This document shows, piece after piece, positions 41,378 through 52,900 of a DNA stretch of 64,000 nt (the stretch's first letter is position 1; every line of letters starts with the position of its first letter). The DNA lies in assembly GCA_964291285.2 (NCBI GenBank), contig OZ219787.1:128001-192000 (forward strand), written 5' to 3'. The notes beneath the pieces are model-generated. The model saw only the letters and a list, made by a program, of their open reading frames with translations, was not told where the DNA came from and did not search any database. The DNA comes from Alphaproteobacteria bacterium (GTDB lineage: Bacteria > Pseudomonadota > Alphaproteobacteria > Bin95). A program made the position numbers and the translations under genes.

Positions 41378-41593
41378 GGCCTGGAGTTCCGCGCGGTAGC
41401 CGTCGTCGCCTGTGACGATGACATTCTGCCTCTCCAGTCGTGCATCGAGAGCGTCGCCGACCCGGCCGATCTGGAGGACGCCTACGGCATGGAACGGCAC
41501 CTGCTCTATGTCGCCTGCACCCGCGCCCACCTCCTGATGACAGGCGTCAGCCCGGCGTCCGAGTTCCTCGACGACCTGCGGTGCAACACATGA
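41378..41593 (+). pseudogene. UvrD-like helicase C-terminal fragment
   Basis: GLEFRAV...ERHLLYVACTRA. Confidence 0.75.
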
Positions 41594-41777
41594 CGCCGCC
41601 TCTCGGAGCGGCAGCAGAGGCCGAGGCGGTGCGCGGTCCTCACGGCTCGCTTGCCGCGACGATCCGGCTGTCGTGATGACATAGTGTTGATACGTTTCTG
41701 GAAATATCCTGTGTTCTCACTGTAATAGATTGTAATTGCTGTATTAATTCAGCCCTTCATCTGTCATGTCATTCAAA

Positions 41778-41887
41778 TCAAACGCTTCAAACGCATCGCC
41801 CTGCGCTGCGAAAAGACCGCCACAAACTTCAGCTCCTTCGTCGCACTCGCCGCTGCCTTCATCTTGATCAAATCCGTCCACAGGACC
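41778..41887 (+). mobile_element. IS5 right-end remnant matching the end of 42912-43786
   Basis: Shared sequence ending TCCGTCCACAGGACC. Confidence 0.85.
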
Positions 41888-42214
41888 TAGGGATCGGCCA
41901 GGCCCGGCGCCAACTAGCAGTGCCCGTCCGACCGCAACGCCAAAGGATGCCAAAGCCGCCCGCTCCTTGTCTTCCTCGGCGGTCAGATTTTTGAACAATA
42001 CGTCATCGTTCCAGACAAATTCGACCCTTTCCCCCAAGAGGCTTCGAGGCGAAACCCCTAGTCGCCTAGCGAGGACGAACCGTAACTCAGTACGCGCTGA
42101 GGGAGAGTCAGCTAATTCCTTCGACCACCAGTCAGGCCATGCCGCTTTGATAGTCTGCCGGCTAATCCCTGCTTGAGATAATGCACTGACTAGAGATTTC
42201 GTTTCTTTGTCCAG
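41888..42214 (-). pseudogene. N-terminal fragment, possibly of an ImmA/IrrE-type protein, cut by IS5
   Basis: GGAGG RBS; GISRQTIKAAWPDWW...ELRFVLARRLG; family is from recall and no HExxH is visible. Confidence 0.4.
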
Positions 42215-42285
42215 CTACTCCTCCATTGTTCTGCAGCCTCTGAAGAACTATGTACAGCTACGCCGCTCTTCAAGTGCGATTTCTG

Positions 42286-43915
42286 TCAAAAGAGACTGTC
42301 ATGCAGACCTCCTACATGGGCTCTCTCGTCACAATCAGTTCGAATACTGCTAACGTAGTTTAGCCACTCGTCTGCATGGCTGGGTAGGGTATTTATTGAC
42401 GATAGTTCACTTTCGCCCAAGATTTTAGGATCAAGAAGACGAACCCAATAGCTACCGAATAGCTATGCTCTGAGATTTACCTCATAGTCAGTGGGCCCGT
42501 CTTTACCGGTACGACATAACAGGACAGTGACCTGTGATGCACCAATTGACCCTCGACGGCCACCAACGTTACGGAATGCGTTGGGATCAAATGGTTTGCC
42601 AGAAAGTAGCCTGAGAGGATCTGATGAGTGGCACATCAACGCGTAATGCGACTGTTTAATTCCGCGTTCCGTATTGCCACGACTAGTCACGAGGACACCA
42701 TTTGGCAACAGCCTAATAACTCCATCACAATCTAGGTAGCGGCGCCATACGAAGATACTAGAAGGAGCAACATCGCGGGCTTTAGGTCGTGACTTCATCC
42801 GCGAGAAGATCGCGAGTACAGGTAGTTGAAGCCTCGCCATATGCCTAACGGCCGGTCCAGGCGCGTTACCTACACCCCAAAAGAAGGTGCCTCCTGTGGC
42901 GGTACGTTCTAGGCCCTGTGGACGTATTGACTCAGGAGCGTGTTCAGGGATTCCCGTGCGAGGATTTGTCTGAATCATGAGGCGTCGGCGATTCGGGGGT
43001 TTCGTTGATGTCGACGAAGATGACGAATGGAGACTGGGAGGTTGCGCTGGAGGTTTTCCGGCTTTGCCTTCCGAGGCGGGGTGCGAAGGCGAAGGACGAC
43101 CGTCTGTTTCTGGAGGCGCTGCACTTCTTTGCGGTTCACAACATCACCTGGCGGGCGCTGCCGGAGCGGTTCGGGCACTGGAATACGGTATGGCGGCGTT
43201 TTCACCGTCTGAGCCGTTCAGGGGTGTTCGAGGACTTTTTCGCCACGCTGGCGGATTTGAGCAGCACGGCGCACCTGGTTCAGATGTTCGATTCGACCGT
43301 GACCCGCGCGCATGTATCGGCGGCCGGCGCAAAAGGGGGCAGCAGGGTCAGGCGCTTGGACGCTCGCGGGGCGGTTTCAGCACCAAAATCCACCTGAAGA
43401 CCGATTTCGACGGCCTGCCGATCGCCTTCGACCTGACCGGCGGCGAGGCAGCCGACAGTCCGCATTTCGAGACCCTGATGGACATCGGCCCCGATGTCCG
43501 GCCCCGCGCCATCGTCGCCGACAAGGGCTATGACAGCGCCGGAAACCGCCAACTCGCCCGGAAAAGAGGCGCCCTGACCGTCATTCCCTACCGGAAGAAC
43601 ATCAAAAACAGGCCAAAGCGCTTCGCAAGCGCGCTCTACAGAGGACGGGCGCGCATCGAACAGGCCGTCGGCAAGCTCAAACGCTTCAAACGCATCGCCC
43701 TGCGCTGCGAAAAGACCGCCACAAACTTCAGCTCCTTCGTCGCACTCGCCGCTGCCTTCATCTTGATCAAATCCGTCCACAGGACCTAGCTCCTTACGCT
43801 CAACAATGGAGTTAAGAGGTTGTCCTGCTTCTGTATGCATGCGAGACCAACATACATATTCGTCGGACACACCAGTAGCAGATTTTTGCTTCGTTGAAGG
43901 GGTGAGGTCGCGCAA
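42286..43915 (-). pseudogene. Low-GC hypothetical gene split by IS5 and carrying an internal TAG
   Basis: CWSRMHTEAGQ...RKEL|ERTATGGTFFWGVGN rejoins; frame stays open past the TAG at 42463 to a TGA at 42286. Confidence 0.65.
42912..43786 (+). mobile_element. IS5-family (IS427-like) element, two frameshifted ORFs, inserted in CTAG with TA duplication
   Basis: IRs GGCCCTGTGGACG/CGTCCACAGGACC; AAAAGGGGG slip site; ADKGYD and KRFKRIALRCEKT. Confidence 0.9.
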
Positions 43916-44164
43916 GATGAAGTTGAACCTGTCTTATTTACGACAAAATGTCAAGCATTATTACGTATAGCCAAGTACTTACCGCAAAGCATGACCGGTC
44001 CCCCAAGCGGTGTGCCGACCGAGACGGTGTCAGTCGCCATCGTAACGCACTCGACGTGAAGCAGCATCTGCCTTATCCCAAGTCCACTCCTTCCTGTTGC
44101 ATGCTGATACCTGGGTACCGCTGCTCAGCGAGCAGGCTTTAGAATCGCGTCCGATTCGCCCCAC

Positions 44165-44225
44165 GTCAAATCCGCCCGTCATAAGCCCGCCGGCCGATCT
44201 CGGCGGCGATGATCGTGAAGCGGTC
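44165..44225 (-). repeat. 61-bp copy of the 3' end of the TPP-enzyme gene (original at 44969-45029)
   Basis: 60/61 identical direct repeat. Confidence 0.95.
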
Positions 44226-44271
44226 ACAGGCCGGCGCGGTCCGCGCGCCGTCAGCGATAGGCGGCGACGCC

Positions 44272-44586
44272 CTATCCGGCCGCATTGGGGCCGGGCGCCA
44301 CTTCGGCGCGCAGGGTCAGGCCCAGGGCACGAACGACCCTGAGAACCGTATCCAGATTCGGGACCCGGTCTCCCGAAAGCGCCTTGTAGAGGCTTTCGCG
44401 GGACAGGCCGGCATCGCGGGCGACCTGCGACATGCCCCTTGCGCGCGCGGCATCGCCCAGCGCCTTTGCGACGAACGCGGCATCGCCGCCGGCTTCCTCC
44501 ATGGCGGCCTCCAGATAAGCGGCCATTTCCTCCGGCGTGCGCAGATGTTCGGCCACGTCGTAGGGTGAAGTCGGGGTCCCGGCCAT
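44272..44586 (-). CDS. Addiction-module antitoxin (HigA-like HTH)
   Basis: YDVAEHL...ARARGMSQVARDAGLSRESLYKALS. Confidence 0.9.
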   Translation of the reverse strand: MAGTPTSPYDVAEHLRTPEEMAAYLEAAMEEAGGDAAFVAKALGDAARARGMSQVARDAGLSRESLYKALSGDRVPNLDTVLRVVRALGLTLRAEVAPGPNAAG

Positions 44587-44595
44587 GATGTCCTC

Positions 44596-44886
44596 CTACA
44601 GGTTCCGGGCGAGGCGCAGGGCCGTCCCGATGTCGCGGTCCTGGGTTCGCTTGTCTCCGCCGGCCAGCAGAACCACGACCGTGCGGCCCTGCCGCTTGAA
44701 ATACACCCGGTAGCCGGGACCGTAGTCGATCCGGAGTTCCGAAACGCCTTCGCCGACGGGCCTCGCGTCTCCCGGGTTTCCGGCCGCCAGACGCTCGACC
44801 CGAACCAGGATACGGGCCTTGGCCCGCACGTCCCGCAAGCCGTCCAGCCACTTGGCGTAGACCTCCGTCTTGCGAACCTCAAGCAT
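44596..44886 (-). CDS. RelE/ParE-family (HigB-like) toxin
   Basis: GNPGD...GVSELRIDYGPGYRVYF...LLAGGDK. Confidence 0.9.
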   Translation of the reverse strand: MLEVRKTEVYAKWLDGLRDVRAKARILVRVERLAAGNPGDARPVGEGVSELRIDYGPGYRVYFKRQGRTVVVLLAGGDKRTQDRDIGTALRLARNL

Positions 44887-44892
44887 ACGGGC

Positions 44893-44914
44893 AATGTAGC
44901 CGAGTGGCTACATT
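44893..44914. promoter_or_regulatory. Palindromic operator candidate for the TA operon
   Basis: AATGTAGCC-gagt-GGCTACATT just upstream of the toxin ATG. Confidence 0.7.
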
Positions 44915-44969
44915 CCATCAACAGGCCCCGTCGACGGCCCTGCCGGAAGCGCGGGGGCTTCGCCGCCTG

Positions 44970-46577
44970 TCAAATCCGCCCGTCATAAGCCCGCCGGCCG
45001 ATCCCGGCGGCGATGATCGTGAAGCGGTCGCGGGCGAGCGCCGCCTCCAGTTCCCGCGCCAGCGCGGCGCGGTCGCGGACGGCTACGCCCTCGCCGCCGA
45101 GCGCCCTTGCGACGGCGGGGAAGTCGGTGGCGCCGAAGTCCACGGCGAGGTTCGGGAGCTGGGAGGTGCGCTGCTTCAGCTCGATCAGGCCGAGTTGCGC
45201 GTCCACGAAGACGAGGATGGGGATGGCGAGGCCGAGGTCGCGGAGCGTGGCGAGCTCGCCGAGGAACATCTCCAGGCCGCCGTCGCCGATGGTCGCCACC
45301 ACCGCGCGGTCCGGCTCCGCCAGCTTGCGCCCGATGGCGAGCGGCACCGCGCAGCCCATGGTGCAGAGGCCGGTGGACTGGAGCAGGCCGCGCGGGCGGT
45401 AGCATTCGAACAGCTGGCTCAGCACGATCCGGTGCGCGCCGCTGTCGGTGGTCACCACGGCGTCGCGCGGCAGCGACCGGCGCAGCACATCGACCACCGC
45501 CGCCGGGCCCCACTCCTCGTCGAGCCGGCTTTCCGCGCGGAGCGCCGCCCTGGCCGCCGCCGGCTCGCCCTCCGGCCAGGTGCCGCGCGGCTCCACGCCC
45601 CGGCCGAGCGCCTCCAGGCCGGCGGCGACATTGCCGGGGAAGGCGAGCCGGGCCCGGTGCATGCCGTGGCCGCCGGCAACGGCCGGCAGGTCGATCACGC
45701 GCGCGCCGTCCGGCCACGGGTCGCGCCAGCCGATGCGCATCTCTATCGGGTCGTAGCCGGCGAGCACCACGCAGTCCGACGCCGCGGCCAGAGGCAGCAG
45801 GCGGCGGTCCGCGCGCGGGCTGAGGCCGGCGCCGCCGAGCGCCAGCGGGCCGTCCTCCGGCAGCACGCCCTTCGCCTTGTAGCTGGTGACGAGCGGCGCG
45901 CCGAACCGCCGGCAGAAATCCGCGACGGCCGCCTCCGCCCGCTGGTTCAGCACGTCGAGGCCGGCGATCACGAGCGGGCGGCGGGCTTGCCGGAGCCACG
46001 ACCGGGCCTCCTCCAGCGCCGGGCCTTCCGCCGGGCCGACCGGGGCGGGCGCTGGCTCCGGGGCGGGCGGCGGCGCGGCCTGCTCGCGGGTCTGCACGTC
46101 GATGGGGATGTCCAGCAGCACCGGGCCGGGCCGGCCTTCCGTGGCGATGGCGACCGCCCGGTCGGCGAGCAGGGCGGCCATGCCGTTCTCGACCCGGAAG
46201 GCGGCCTTGGCGACCGGCTCCACCAGCTTCACATGGTCGAGCACCTGGTGGGTGTAGGCGTGGCGCTCGTCGGTGGAGACGCAGCCGGTCAGCACCACCA
46301 TCGGCATGCGGTCCTGCCAGGCGTTGGCGATGGTGTTGACCGCGTTGGCGAGGCCGGGGCCGATGGTGGCGACCAGGATCGCCGGCGCGCCGTCATGGTG
46401 GTGGACGCCCTCGCCCATGAAGCCCGCGCAGGTCTCGTGCCGGGCGAGCACCACGCGGATGCCGGCCCGGTCGAGCGCGTCCATGACCGCCAGCACCTCG
46501 CCGCCCGGAATGCCGAACGCGTGCCGGCAGCCGGCCGCCGCCAGCCGCCGCGCAATCAGGTCCGCCGAATGGGGCAT
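44970..46577 (-). CDS. Thiamine-pyrophosphate-binding enzyme (acetolactate synthase-like)
   Basis: FGIPGG, RHE, GPGLAN and GDGG motifs. Confidence 0.9.
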   Translation of the reverse strand: MPHSADLIARRLAAAGCRHAFGIPGGEVLAVMDALDRAGIRVVLARHETCAGFMGEGVHHHDGAPAILVATIGPGLANAVNTIANAWQDRMPMVVLTGCVSTDERHAYTHQVLDHVKLVEPVAKAAFRVENGMAALLADRAVAIATEGRPGPVLLDIPIDVQTREQAAPPPAPEPAPAPVGPAEGPALEEARSWLRQARRPLVIAGLDVLNQRAEAAVADFCRRFGAPLVTSYKAKGVLPEDGPLALGGAGLSPRADRRLLPLAAASDCVVLAGYDPIEMRIGWRDPWPDGARVIDLPAVAGGHGMHRARLAFPGNVAAGLEALGRGVEPRGTWPEGEPAAARAALRAESRLDEEWGPAAVVDVLRRSLPRDAVVTTDSGAHRIVLSQLFECYRPRGLLQSTGLCTMGCAVPLAIGRKLAEPDRAVVATIGDGGLEMFLGELATLRDLGLAIPILVFVDAQLGLIELKQRTSQLPNLAVDFGATDFPAVARALGGEGVAVRDRAALARELEAALARDRFTIIAAGIGRRAYDGRI

Positions 46578-46721
46578 GGCGCCCTCCCTCTCCCCCGGGA
46601 CCGCCGCTTTTACCGGAAGCGGTTGACGCGGGCGAGCGCCCGGGCCGGAGCGGCGGGGCCGGGACCGGAGGAGGTCGAAAAAACTTCTTGCTTTGTTCCC
46701 GTTTCGTAGTAACCTGCCCGC

Positions 46722-47780
46722 ATGCAGGCGGTTCGGAAAGGGCGCGGGGCGGCGAGCAACCGGAGCGGGCGCTACGAGCGTGCGCAGGCGGAGGCGTTCG
46801 ACGACGGCTGGGGCACGGTGGAGGAGGAGCCGGCGCCGCTGCGCACGACCGTCACCGAGGAGGCGCCGCACAAGGTCATCACCCGCAACGACTCGCCGGA
46901 CCTCGGCTTCGACCGGTCGGTCAACCCCTACCGGGGCTGCGAACATGGCTGCATCTACTGCTATGCGCGGCCGACCCATGCCTGGCTCGGGCTCTCGCCG
47001 GGGCTCGATTTCGAGAGCCGGCTCTATGCCAAGCCGACCGCGCCGGCGCTGCTGGAGAAGGAACTGGCGCGGCCCGGCTACCGCTGCCGGGTGCTCGCCG
47101 TCGGCACCAACACCGACGCCTACCAGCCGATCGAGAAGCGCTACGCCGTCATGCGCGGCATCCTCGAAGTGCTGGCCCGCTGCCGCCACCCGGTCTCGAT
47201 CACCACCAAGTCCGCCCTCGTGCTGCGGGACCGGGGCCTGCTGGCGGAGATGGCGGCCGACAACCTCGCCCACGTCACCATGTCGGTCACCACGCTGGAC
47301 GGGCGGCTCGCGCGCAGCATGGAGCCGCGCGCCTCCGCGCCGGGGCGGCGGCTGGAGGCAGTGGCCGGGCTGCGCGAGGCGGGCGTGCCGGTCTCGGTCA
47401 ATTTCGCGCCCATTATCCCGGCGCTGAACGACCACGAGATGGAGGCGGTTCTGGAGGCGGCCGCCGCGGCCGGGGCGGGCGGCGCCGGCTACACGCTGCT
47501 GCGCCTGCCGATGGAGATCGCCGACCTGTTCCGCGAATGGCTGGAAGCGCATGCGCCGGACCGGGCGGCGCGGGTGCTCTCCCGCGTGCGCGACATGCGC
47601 GGCGGCCCGCTTTACAAGAGCGCCTTCCATGTGCGCATGAAGGGCGAGGGCGCCTATGCCGAGACGATCTCGAAGCGCTTCGCCATCGCCTGCCGCCGCC
47701 TCGGCCTCGAACGCGGCTACGGCAGGCTGGACGACACCCGCTTCCGCCCGCCCGGCGGACAATTGCAACTGGAGCTCTGA
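46722..47780 (+). CDS. PA0069-family radical SAM protein
   Basis: NPYRGCEHGCIYCYAR. Confidence 0.9.
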   Translation: MQAVRKGRGAASNRSGRYERAQAEAFDDGWGTVEEEPAPLRTTVTEEAPHKVITRNDSPDLGFDRSVNPYRGCEHGCIYCYARPTHAWLGLSPGLDFESRLYAKPTAPALLEKELARPGYRCRVLAVGTNTDAYQPIEKRYAVMRGILEVLARCRHPVSITTKSALVLRDRGLLAEMAADNLAHVTMSVTTLDGRLARSMEPRASAPGRRLEAVAGLREAGVPVSVNFAPIIPALNDHEMEAVLEAAAAAGAGGAGYTLLRLPMEIADLFREWLEAHAPDRAARVLSRVRDMRGGPLYKSAFHVRMKGEGAYAETISKRFAIACRRLGLERGYGRLDDTRFRPPGGQLQLEL

Positions 47781-49526
<1,746 letters not shown>

Positions 49527-49530
49527 GAGG

Positions 49531-50547
49531 ATGGCGAGCGACAATGCGGACTGGCTGGCGATGACCGAAGAGGAGGCGCTGGAGCCGGACCTGCCGATCT
49601 GCGACCCGCACCACCATCTCTGGGATGCGCGCGCGGGCTATGTGCAGCCGCGCTACCTGCTGGACGAGTTCCTGGAGGACCTTGCCAGCGGCCACAATGT
49701 GGTCAGCACGGTCTTCATCGAGTGCGGGGCGATGTTCCGCGCCGACGGGCCGGAGGACATGCGCCCGGTCGGCGAGACCGAGTTCGTGAACGGCATCGCC
49801 GCGATGTCCGCCTCCGGCGGCTACGGGCCGGCGCGGATCGCCGCCGGCATCGTCGGCACGGCCTATCTCGACCGGGGCGACAGCGCAGCCGCCGTGCTGG
49901 ACGCCCAGATCGAGGCCGGGCGCGGGCGGTTCCGGGGCATCCGGCAGGGCGCCACCTGGCATGAAAGCCCCGAGGTCTCCAACCACCGCACGGAGCCGCC
50001 GCCCGGCCGCTATGACAGCGCCGGCTTCCGCGCCGGCCTCGCCCACCTCGCGCCGAGGGGGCTCACCTTCGAGCTCTGGTGCTACCACACGCAGCTCGAC
50101 GAAGCGGCCCGGCTGGTCCGCGACTTCCCGGAGCAGACCTTCATCCTCGACCATTTCGGCGGGCCCGTCGGCATCGGCCCCTATGAGGGACGCGCGGACG
50201 AGGTGTTCGCCGACTGGCGCAAGGCCGTGGCGCCCGTCGCCGCCTGCCCGAATGTCATGGCCAAGCTCGGCGGGCTCGCGATGGAGGTCAACGGCTTCGG
50301 CTGGCACGAGCGGCCCCGCCCGCCGACCAGCCAGGAGCTGATGGACGCCTCCCGGCGCTACTACGAGGCGACCCTGGAGCTGTTCGGCACGGAGCGCTGC
50401 CTGTTCGAATCGAACTTCCCGGTCGAGAAGGTGAGCTGCAGCTACACGGTGCTCTGGAACGCCTTCAAGCGCCTGACCGCCGGCTACTCGGCGGACGAAA
50501 AGGCAGCGCTCTACCACGACAACGCCGCCCGCATCTACCGCCTGTGA
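49531..50547 (+). CDS. Amidohydrolase-family protein
   Basis: DPHHHLW, LDH, FESNFPV. Confidence 0.9.
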   Translation: MASDNADWLAMTEEEALEPDLPICDPHHHLWDARAGYVQPRYLLDEFLEDLASGHNVVSTVFIECGAMFRADGPEDMRPVGETEFVNGIAAMSASGGYGPARIAAGIVGTAYLDRGDSAAAVLDAQIEAGRGRFRGIRQGATWHESPEVSNHRTEPPPGRYDSAGFRAGLAHLAPRGLTFELWCYHTQLDEAARLVRDFPEQTFILDHFGGPVGIGPYEGRADEVFADWRKAVAPVAACPNVMAKLGGLAMEVNGFGWHERPRPPTSQELMDASRRYYEATLELFGTERCLFESNFPVEKVSCSYTVLWNAFKRLTAGYSADEKAALYHDNAARIYRL

Positions 50548-50575
50548 CGGGATGCGGACGCCGGGTTCGCCCGTC

Positions 50576-50720
50576 TCACTGGGGCAGCGGCTGAAGCAAC
50601 CCGACGACCAGACCGACGATCAACGCGCCCTGCGCCGCCAGAAGCCCCACCATGATGCCGGCCATGCGCCAGGTCAGCCGCGTTTCCAGCGAGGCAAGGT
50701 CGGCTTTCGTTGCGATGAAG
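50576..50720 (-). pseudogene. DUF1640/CCDC90-like C-terminal fragment
   Basis: ATKADLASLETRLTWRM followed by a transmembrane helix. Confidence 0.55.
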
Positions 50721-50799
50721 CCGGCGGGTGCGGCTCCGGTTGGTGCGGGGCCAGCGCGGCGATCTCGGCCGCTTCCGCTATGGGGCGTCGCCGATGAGG

Positions 50800-51141
50800 T
50801 CAAAATGAGCAATCGAAAACGAAAGAGGGTTTTCTTCGTTCGCCTTCGGGGATGCCGGTGAAATCGTAGTAGCGCGCAAAGCCGCTGGGTCCGAGGTGGA
50901 CTTCGAACTTTTCCCAATCCCAGACATGTTCCAACCCTTGTCGCGCATAGGTTGCCGACAACTCGGTACCGTCGAACCGGACAATTCCCAAGCCGAAGTC
51001 TTTATCGGCCGGCTTGTGGAGTTCTAGTCCGTTTTCGCAGTGCCAGCTTTCGTAAGGCTGCCCGTAGAGGTGTGTTCGGGTTTTGCATCCGGCCAGCATG
51101 ACAGCCGCGAGCATGGTGGTGGCTATAATGGCGCGGTTCAT
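50800..51141 (-). CDS. Small lipoprotein
   Basis: MNRAIIATTMLAAVMLAGC lipobox; GAGG RBS; lower GC. Confidence 0.7.
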   Translation of the reverse strand: MNRAIIATTMLAAVMLAGCKTRTHLYGQPYESWHCENGLELHKPADKDFGLGIVRFDGTELSATYARQGLEHVWDWEKFEVHLGPSGFARYYDFTGIPEGERRKPSFVFDCSF

Positions 51142-51557
51142 ATCCGTTTCCTCTTGAGCCATATGATAGCGAGGGCAAGTCCGACTCCAACTGCCATGCC
51201 GAGCGCCGGAGAGATGGGGGCGACGATTTCGGTAGGGCCGATACGATTCTGCTCCCTATCGGAATCGCCCCCTACAAGTGGACCCTATCCGAATAAAGAG
51301 GGTTACAAGGATAGGCTGACGGGGAGACCAACGATATTTCTTCCACCATACCTCCACGCCCCCTCCGCCATACCCGGAGAGAGGTCGCGAAGATCATGTC
51401 CCGCTGCGAGCGCTTGGAAGAACTCTTCGACAAGCGGCATACAGCCCTGCGGAATGACTGACGGGACCCATCGAGAACCACAAACGCGGCTGTCGCTGCC
51501 GGAGTCGAACGACAGTCTTTGCAGCGCCGTCCGCACGACCGGGGCCAGAAGTACGGC

Positions 51558-51582
51558 CGCCGCCCGCATCTACCGCCTCTGA
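51558..51582 (+). repeat. 25-bp copy of the amidohydrolase gene 3' end (original at 50523-50547)
   Basis: CGCCGCCCGCATCTACCGCCT(g/c)TGA, 24/25 identical. Confidence 0.9.
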
Positions 51583-51600
51583 TGCGGCGCGGGCGCCTGC

Positions 51601-52797
51601 TCAGGACGGCGGATCGTTCCGCCAGGGCAGGAAGGCGCGGATGCGCTCCCGGTTCGCGCGCACGCCCTCCGGGCCGCTCGACAGAAGGCCGCGACGCACC
51701 AGCGCCTCGACATCGCGCAGCAGCGTCCGGTTCGAAACCGTGGCGTAGTCCCGCGCCACCGCTGCGTCCAGAGACGACAGGCGGCCGACCGGAACCGCCT
51801 CGGGCTGCCGCGACAGGGCGAGCACCAGGGACCGGCGCCGACGCTCCGTAGCGCCTCCGCTTTCTCCGAATTGCTCATGGACGAAATTGACCCAGGCGAC
51901 CGCCTCCTGATGCTCCCGGATGACCTCGACCTGTTCCCGCAATCCGTCCGCAAATCCCCGGATCGCGTAGCTTGCGAAGCCGTATATGCCGTTCTCCTGG
52001 CCGCTGGCCCTCGCAAGCTGGCGGTAATACTCCGTTCGCGTGAGGTTGTAGTGGTTGCTGGGCAGGTGGCAGGCAGGCTGAGGCAGGCCCGCTTCCAGCA
52101 GGATGGCCAGTTCGATCAGCCGCGCCGTGCGTCCGTTGCCGTCGCCGAAGGGATGGATCCAGACGAAATAGAGGTGCGCGAAGACCGCCTTGAGGATCGA
52201 GAAGGCGTAGCGGTTCTCGTCCGGCAGTGGAAAACCGTTCAACACCCCGCAAAGCCGGTCCAGCAGGAATTCGGCGTCGCGCCGGTCCGGGCAACGGTAA
52301 CCGCCGACCGACACGTTCACCTCGCGGACTTTCCCGGGTTCGACATGGTCGTCAACCTCAAGGCCTTGCAGCACCATCGCGTTCAGGCGCTCGACACCCG
52401 CTACGCTCAGGGGGAAGCGGCCCTGCCCGGCGATTTCGCCGGCCACCATGTTGCAGGCCTCGGCGATGTTCCGGATTTCGCGCCCGAGATAGGCCCGCGA
52501 CGGCGGCAGCGTCGCCCTGTCGTCGATCACGTCGCGCGCTTCCGCCTCGGAGAGCGTGTTGCCTTCGATAGCAGTGGTAGCGAGGGCGCCTCTTGCTAGG
52601 TAGAGCCGGTGGACCTCCTCGGCAACGTCCGGGTCCAGCGGCGCACCGGCGATCCGGTCGATCATCGCCGCCGCCTCGCCAAGGGCCAGCCAGTCCGTAT
52701 GCTGCAGCCGCCCGAGATCGAAGGCAAAGGTCAGCCAGGGATGTGTCCGCTCGTATGGCCGCTGGTTTGTCACTGTCTTTGTCACAAACAGATCCAA
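51601..52797 (-). CDS. Fic-family protein with C-terminal wHTH
   Basis: HPFGDGNGRTAR; N-terminal TTAIEGN inhibitory motif. Confidence 0.92.
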   Translation of the reverse strand: MDLFVTKTVTNQRPYERTHPWLTFAFDLGRLQHTDWLALGEAAAMIDRIAGAPLDPDVAEEVHRLYLARGALATTAIEGNTLSEAEARDVIDDRATLPPSRAYLGREIRNIAEACNMVAGEIAGQGRFPLSVAGVERLNAMVLQGLEVDDHVEPGKVREVNVSVGGYRCPDRRDAEFLLDRLCGVLNGFPLPDENRYAFSILKAVFAHLYFVWIHPFGDGNGRTARLIELAILLEAGLPQPACHLPSNHYNLTRTEYYRQLARASGQENGIYGFASYAIRGFADGLREQVEVIREHQEAVAWVNFVHEQFGESGGATERRRRSLVLALSRQPEAVPVGRLSSLDAAVARDYATVSNRTLLRDVEALVRRGLLSSGPEGVRANRERIRAFLPWRNDPPS

Positions 52798-52900
52798 GAG
52801 AATATGATTGTATTCAATCGGTTACATTATTTCAATGGAAGATATGACAGATCGGCTGACAACATTTCTGTCAACGCTGGCAACAGCGATGCCGCCGCCC

